From contig DAOVER010000027.1 in the NCBI GenBank assembly GCA_030668875.1, positions 1 to 32,000 of the forward strand: DNA of 32,000 nucleotides. Direction: 5' to 3'. The DNA comes from Candidatus Heimdallarchaeota archaeon (GTDB taxonomy: Archaea; Asgardarchaeota; Heimdallarchaeia; Heimdallarchaeales; Heimdallarchaeaceae). Of this stretch, positions 27,074 to 32,000 are shown in pieces. The notes under the pieces were generated by a model. The model searched no databases and was not told the origin of the DNA. It was given only the letters and a program-made list of their open reading frames with translations. Positions within the stretch are counted from its first letter, which is position 1; every line of letters starts with the position of its first letter. Position numbers and translations under genes: made by a program.

Positions 27074-27979
27074 CTATCTCAAGTAATTACCACAGTATGG
27101 GCAGAACTCATTAGTTTCAATTACTTTTTCCCCGCATTGGGGACAAAATTCTTTACTTCCATCAACAGCTTGATCCTTATATTTCTCTGAAGGTATAGAA
27201 GTTGCTGTTGGAGTTGGATCATAGTAAGAAGCGTGCTGTGGTACAGGTTGAGCAGGACCATAGACAACTTGGGGAGGCGCTTGTCTGGGTGAAGGGTCTT
27301 TCTCTAGAATCAGAAGCATGTTATTGCTGAATCTCTTCAAGGCAAAGATGTGTACAATAATTGTTGCAATTAGTAGGAATCCTGCTATAGAAACGAAAAT
27401 AGGTATACCTTCGAAGACGTTAAAATACCAGCTAAACAAGAGAATCCAAAAGGTCGACAAAGTAGCTATGATTAAGAAAAAGACTATACCTATTGCTATC
27501 GATGATCCAAAGAGAAACCGATCCTCTTTCTTAGGATATAAACCTGCTGAATTCAATTCTTTGAATATTCCTGTAATTCTACTGCAGGCAACAATATAGA
27601 GAATAATACCAACCACTCCAGCTGTTACTACCGAAACTATCATAGCAATTTTTAACATTTCTCCAGCTTTTTTTGCAGATTGAATGTATTGCCAATAATA
27701 TTCCCCTAGCTCTTCTAAATTTTGACTGATTCTATATATTTGTAAGAGCCCAAATGCTCCAATTGCAACCATAATAAATCCTCCAATACTATTGAATACC
27801 ATAAAAAACCCAATGAAGTCCAAATCTCCGTACCAAGTAAACATGAAAACCGTATATCCAATTATCATTGAAATTATGATACCGATAAGTGAGTATCCGA
27901 CTTTATATAAGCTTCCGCTTATCTCTGTCTTTATCGAATTTATAGGTTTAATTGGTTTAGAATAATGCATAGCCACCAT
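27074..27979 (-). CDS. Multi-TM membrane protein with C-terminal zinc ribbon (paralogue family 2 of 3)
   Basis: KPIKPINSIK, KKAGEMLKIA, GLYPKKEDR. Pro/Gln/Tyr linker. FCPQCG...FCPYCG. Confidence 0.85.
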   Translation of the reverse strand: MVAMHYSKPIKPINSIKTEISGSLYKVGYSLIGIIISMIIGYTVFMFTWYGDLDFIGFFMVFNSIGGFIMVAIGAFGLLQIYRISQNLEELGEYYWQYIQSAKKAGEMLKIAMIVSVVTAGVVGIILYIVACSRITGIFKELNSAGLYPKKEDRFLFGSSIAIGIVFFLIIATLSTFWILLFSWYFNVFEGIPIFVSIAGFLLIATIIVHIFALKRFSNNMLLILEKDPSPRQAPPQVVYGPAQPVPQHASYYDPTPTATSIPSEKYKDQAVDGSKEFCPQCGEKVIETNEFCPYCGNYLR

Positions 27980-28050
27980 ATAATCAACTATCCTTAAATT
28001 ATAACTAATAATTCTAGCTATTTAAGGAATTCCTAGTTTGGAAATAAGAA

Positions 28051-28977
28051 TTAATCAAGTTTGGTTCCACATTTTGTGCAGAAAGTAATTACATCATCAG
28101 TAGGATTACCACAATTTGGACAAAATGATGATTCCTCTCGGCTTTGATTTTTATGATACTTTATAGAAGGTGTTGATTGAGTCTGAGTAGGAGCAGGTGA
28201 ATAATGAACTTGTTGTTGAGGATATGGTTGCATAACGGGTACATAAGAAGAAGGTTGTCTTTCGACAATAAGTAACGCATCATCACCTAAACGATAAAAA
28301 CCAAAGATTTGAGCAATATATGTAGCTACCATTAGTGCAATCGAAATTCCTACAAAGATTACAATAGTTAGTGAAAAGCGATCATAAAACATAGCATAGA
28401 TTAAGGAATTATACAACAAATCAAAGATGAAGAAAGTATATGCTATTATAAATATTATTTGCGTAATAATTGATGCTATGAAGGATTTATACACTAATCT
28501 ACTCTCTTGCTTTGGAAATAGTTCATTTTTATTTAGTTCTTTAAAAGTTTCTGCAACTCTGTGATAAGCAATAATGTACAAAACAAGACTAATTATTCCT
28601 CCAGCGATTATACTTACAAGCAAAGCTATCTTTAGCATTTCACTTGCTTTCTTTGCAGTAGTAGTTTCTTGCATATAATAAAGCCCTAAATCATCTAACG
28701 ATTTGCTCAATTTGTACTCACAAACCATTTTATAGATACTAAAACCAGCAAGAATTAATGTGACTATAAATATAAATGGTAAAATAATTATAGAATTGGA
28801 AGAAAATGTTGGATCGAATGGATTGACTAAGAAAAATGAAATAATTGTTAATATAAGTATAATAACTATACAGATAACCATAGCAATAAGAGAATGACCT
28901 ATATTCCTAGCATATTTTCTTAATTCCTTCTTAATCTCTACTATGGGTTTAATAGGTTGAACATATGCATAATTCAT
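28051..28977 (-). CDS. Multi-TM membrane protein with C-terminal zinc ribbon (paralogue family 3 of 3)
   Basis: QPIKPIVEIK, KKASEMLKIA, LFPKQESRL, GFYRLGDDALLI. FCPNCG...FCTKCG. GAGGT SD upstream. Confidence 0.85.
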   Translation of the reverse strand: MNYAYVQPIKPIVEIKKELRKYARNIGHSLIAMVICIVIILILTIISFFLVNPFDPTFSSNSIIILPFIFIVTLILAGFSIYKMVCEYKLSKSLDDLGLYYMQETTTAKKASEMLKIALLVSIIAGGIISLVLYIIAYHRVAETFKELNKNELFPKQESRLVYKSFIASIITQIIFIIAYTFFIFDLLYNSLIYAMFYDRFSLTIVIFVGISIALMVATYIAQIFGFYRLGDDALLIVERQPSSYVPVMQPYPQQQVHYSPAPTQTQSTPSIKYHKNQSREESSFCPNCGNPTDDVITFCTKCGTKLD

Positions 28978-29171
28978 AGATTATTACCTCTCTTCCTAAA
29001 TATCTATGGTGTATTAAGAACCATATTATATAAAACTATTCAAAAAATATTAGTCTCATTTTCTATGTCTATTATTTAGTGGAAAATGAAAAGAGAAAAA
29101 CCGGGTAAGACAACAATCTCACCATACAACCTCTGTTTTTTGTTTTCTTTCAAATTAAGTAGGAATATAGA

Positions 29172-30371
29172 TCATTTTTGTGTTTGTTCAGTATTTACAG
29201 TGTCCTTTCTCACAAAGAACTTGACATAAACGAGTGTAAGAAGGATAAGAAACAGTAGTATTAAAGATGCGATCATAAACCAAAATGTGAATGATAAGAC
29301 ATGTTTTTCATCTATTAAGAGCTGATCATACCTTGCAGCAGAATAAGTAGCGTCATATATTTGAAAATAAAATATCATAAGGGTATAAATTATAGCAGGG
29401 ATTGTGAGATATGCTTCACCTTCAGGATTTGATGAAGGAATTATTAAGACGATCACCAAGAAAATAAACAGCAATAATTTTGGTTTTGTGATTTGGAGTT
29501 TTTTAAAATATGATAGTATTACTATAATGCAAACTGAAAGAAGCATAATAAAATATGTTAAATATATTAGAACATTTACGTCTAAGTACTTCATATGATT
29601 TGAATTATAGGAACTCTCAGGCGTTAAGAAACTAGTTAGAGTGTTATCTCCTTCTGCACCTCTGTAGACCCAATAAAATGTAGGAGTTACTAATCCAAGT
29701 ATAACTCCAACACTTGCAATCAGACATAAGATAGAGAGTATTAAATTCATTTTATTTTGATGTAAGTTTAATAGTTTTTTTTCACTAATAGGTGTTCTAG
29801 ATTTATTTCTATAGTTTCCCCAATTCTGAATAACTAAAATGATAGAAGGGAGAAATGAGATTAAGAGCAGAAGAATACCAACTAGACACATGTAAAAACC
29901 AAGACCAAGCTTCACAGCATATTCATAATCAACTGATCTCATTTGTGAATATGCTGCACATGAAGCTGCAGTTGTAAGACAATGTCCAATATAACCTAGA
30001 AAAGGAAAATAGGTAAAGGAAAATATAGGAACAAAAAGAATGAAAATTAGAAGAATGAAGGAAATAGTTGAGTTTCCAAATAAGCTTAATCTTTTGATTT
30101 TCCTTCCTAAGAGAGCTAGAAATCCTGACAAAAATATCATTAGAACAATAATTAACAATAACAATAGTACAACATCGACAAATTTGTAATACACATCATT
30201 AGAACTAGTTAAACTAAATAAAAAAGAATGACCAGGATGCCCATCAAGGTTAGGATAAAACCAATAAGGAATAATTAGACCGACTATGAGTACAGCTGAA
30301 CCAATTAAAATAAGAATATTATATAAAAGTGAAAGAGTACTTTTTTGATTTGTTATTTGTCTATCTAGCAA
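29172..30371 (-). CDS. Polytopic membrane protein of unknown function
   Basis: About 10 hydrophobic segments in two similar halves. TTG 30371 follows a GAGGT SD-like motif, and the track start 30413 is an alternative. Confidence 0.75.
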   Translation of the reverse strand: MLDRQITNQKSTLSLLYNILILIGSAVLIVGLIIPYWFYPNLDGHPGHSFLFSLTSSNDVYYKFVDVVLLLLLIIVLMIFLSGFLALLGRKIKRLSLFGNSTISFILLIFILFVPIFSFTYFPFLGYIGHCLTTAASCAAYSQMRSVDYEYAVKLGLGFYMCLVGILLLLISFLPSIILVIQNWGNYRNKSRTPISEKKLLNLHQNKMNLILSILCLIASVGVILGLVTPTFYWVYRGAEGDNTLTSFLTPESSYNSNHMKYLDVNVLIYLTYFIMLLSVCIIVILSYFKKLQITKPKLLLFIFLVIVLIIPSSNPEGEAYLTIPAIIYTLMIFYFQIYDATYSAARYDQLLIDEKHVLSFTFWFMIASLILLFLILLTLVYVKFFVRKDTVNTEQTQK

Positions 30372-30664
30372 AGAACCAACCTCATATGTGATACACAAAA
30401 GAGAAAAACTCAAAATATATAAACATTACTTAAAATTTGATTGAGCAATTTGCATTATAATGAGAATTAAAAAACTGTTTATGTCAACAAGCTCTCCATA
30501 CAATAACGAGCTCCTTTTAATAAGCTCACCTTAATGTAAGGTTATTTGAAAAGCTTGTATAATCAAGTCTTAGAAGCCCCATACAAAGAATAACATGTTT
30601 TGCTTTCTTTAGACATAAGCTAAAAACCGTATAGGATCTATCTAGATAATCAATTAAGCTATTT

Positions 30665-30706
30665 TGTATAACACTTGTTGCACTATAATGTAATATGTGT
30701 TATACA
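30665..30706. repeat. Perfect 10-bp inverted repeat, extendable by G-U pairs
   Basis: TGTATAACAC (30665-30674) / GTGTTATACA (30697-30706), with inner TGTTGCA/TGTAATA pairing. Confidence 0.6.
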
Positions 30707-31025
30707 GTTGTTCTACTAACCTTATTGTATACTCCAGTCTGCTCGTATAAGGTTTTCAGTTAACCATAATAATTCACTCTTCAACAGACACAGCCCGTTT
30801 CCTTCCCTTCTACGTCACTTTTTCTTTTCCCCCTTTATATATTAAACGATTAAGCTAATGATCTAAATCTTATAGATCTGTTTTAACCCTGAATTTGCAT
30901 TTTGCTCATTCAGGTATTTTACTTAACAAACTGCTTATTCATAGATCGTGAACATAGAGTTTAAGTAAATTTAAACTGATGCTGTTAGTTACATCAACTT
31001 TATAATTGTATTTCTATTCTTATAA

Positions 31026-31655
31026 ATGAACATGTCAAATTCAGGGTTAGATTTGATAATTCTTTTATTATCCGAAATTTCAAATAATCATATTATTGGC
31101 AAACTTAAATTCCATAAACTATTATTTTTGCTAATAAACGAAGGGGGATCAGAAGATATTGAAGAAATAATCTCCTTCAAGCCATATAAGTTTGGTCCAT
31201 GGTCTCCGGAACTAGACCCACTACTCCAATTAATGGAAGACGAAAAAATTATTGAAATAAAAAACATAAAAACTGATGCTGAATATTTGTATGAGGACCA
31301 TGAAAATGACAATTTGAAAAAGTATGAACTTACAAAAATCGGAATTAAAATTGGTCATGAACTTAAGAAAATTCACGAAAATAGACTAAAAGGCATCAAT
31401 TATATAATCACAAAATATTCGCACTTAAAGAATGAAACTCTACTAAGGTATGTTTATACCTCTTATCCTGGATTTAAAGAAAAATCTATTATTAAAGACA
31501 AAGTTTCCAAACTATCAATTGAAGAAGAATATAGACTTATTTTTCCAAATGATGAAATAGATGAGAACCTTTTCTCACTAGTAGGTATTATCAAACCAAT
31601 GTCTTTAGAAGAGGAAAAACAAGTAATAGACAGATTAGTACTAGGAGGAAACTGA
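31026..31655 (+). CDS. Putative antitoxin: Panacea/SocA(DUF4065)-like winged-helix domain plus VapB-like C-terminal tail
   Basis: GKLKFHKLLFLL, FKPYKFGPWSPEL, YELTKIG resemble KLQKLxY and yGP motifs. Tail DENLFSLVGII. Abuts the PIN gene. Confidence 0.65.
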   Translation: MNMSNSGLDLIILLLSEISNNHIIGKLKFHKLLFLLINEGGSEDIEEIISFKPYKFGPWSPELDPLLQLMEDEKIIEIKNIKTDAEYLYEDHENDNLKKYELTKIGIKIGHELKKIHENRLKGINYIITKYSHLKNETLLRYVYTSYPGFKEKSIIKDKVSKLSIEEEYRLIFPNDEIDENLFSLVGIIKPMSLEEEKQVIDRLVLGGN

Positions 31656-32000
31656 GTGCTTTTTATAGATGTGAATGTTATAAATGATGTTCTTGGTAAA
31701 CGAAGAGGATGGGAACATAGTCTTAAAATTCTTAACAGTAGTAAAATGGGTGAATATGATTATGGAATTTCAGCTCTTACAGTATTTTTTTTGGAAGGAT
31801 ATCTACGAAATAACAAACCCATTTTCAGTCAAATCCAGATAAGACAAAAGATTGGAGAAATAATTGAATTTATTAAAATTTTAGCCTTAGATTCAGATAT
31901 CTTATCAAATGCACTGTCGTCAGATTTCCATGATTTTGAGGACGCAATACAATATCATACTGCTAAAAAACATGATTGTTCAGCAATAATAACGAGAAAT
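31656..32000 (+). CDS. vapC: PIN-domain (VapC-like) ribonuclease toxin, 3'-truncated by window edge
   Basis: GTG immediately after the upstream TGA, AGGAGG SD at 31643-31648. Translates MLFIDVNVINDVL...ISALTVFFL...DFEDAIQYHTA...AIITRN, a PIN acidic motif set. Not in the ORF track. Confidence 0.88.
   Translation, partial: MLFIDVNVINDVLGKRRGWEHSLKILNSSKMGEYDYGISALTVFFLEGYLRNNKPIFSQIQIRQKIGEIIEFIKILALDSDILSNALSSDFHDFEDAIQYHTAKKHDCSAIITRN

Noticed and set aside
27180-28260. ESCRT late-domain motifs in the Pro/Tyr-rich linkers of the zinc-ribbon membrane proteins
   Set aside because: No exact P(S/T)AP or PPxY motif is present, only generic Pro/Gln/Tyr low complexity.
24608-31312. ORFs 24608-24850(-), 26156-26356(-), 27318-27599(+), 29404-29598(+) and 31088-31312(-)
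   Set aside because: Nested antisense or out-of-frame within supported genes.
1-32000. CRISPR arrays, tRNA or rRNA genes
   Set aside because: No regularly spaced direct repeats and no GC-rich structured RNA signatures were seen by eye. A tRNAscan-SE/Infernal run would be needed to exclude small RNAs fully.

Overview
AT-rich archaeal-type chromosomal window. An Asgard (Heimdallarchaeia-like) origin is inferred from gene content: archaeal XPD, PAC2, large TPR protein, many membrane proteins with C-terminal zinc ribbons, PAS/MASE3 kinases and DegV. This is not a phylogenetic result. The window opens with the 3' end of an IS200/IS605-type tnpB that the ORF track missed. It ends with a wHTH/Panacea-like gene coupled to a PIN toxin gene that runs off the edge. 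Between them lie a 1023-aa TPR protein with a DnaJ-type Zn finger, five polytopic membrane proteins with zinc ribbons, a modular surface protein, a LuxC-like reductase, DegV, a yeast-type cytosine deaminase, an EamA transporter, PAC2, glyoxylate reductase, a degenerate M29-like peptidase and two convergent histidine kinases. The most striking locus is 12040-15986. It has an unannotated 46-aa Cys4 zinc-finger ORF and a perfect 10-bp palindrome. These precede a Hef/FANCM/XPF-like protein with degenerate helicase motifs and an apparently deleted nuclease core, which overlaps an intact Fe-S XPD helicase. No rRNA, tRNA or CRISPR array was seen.
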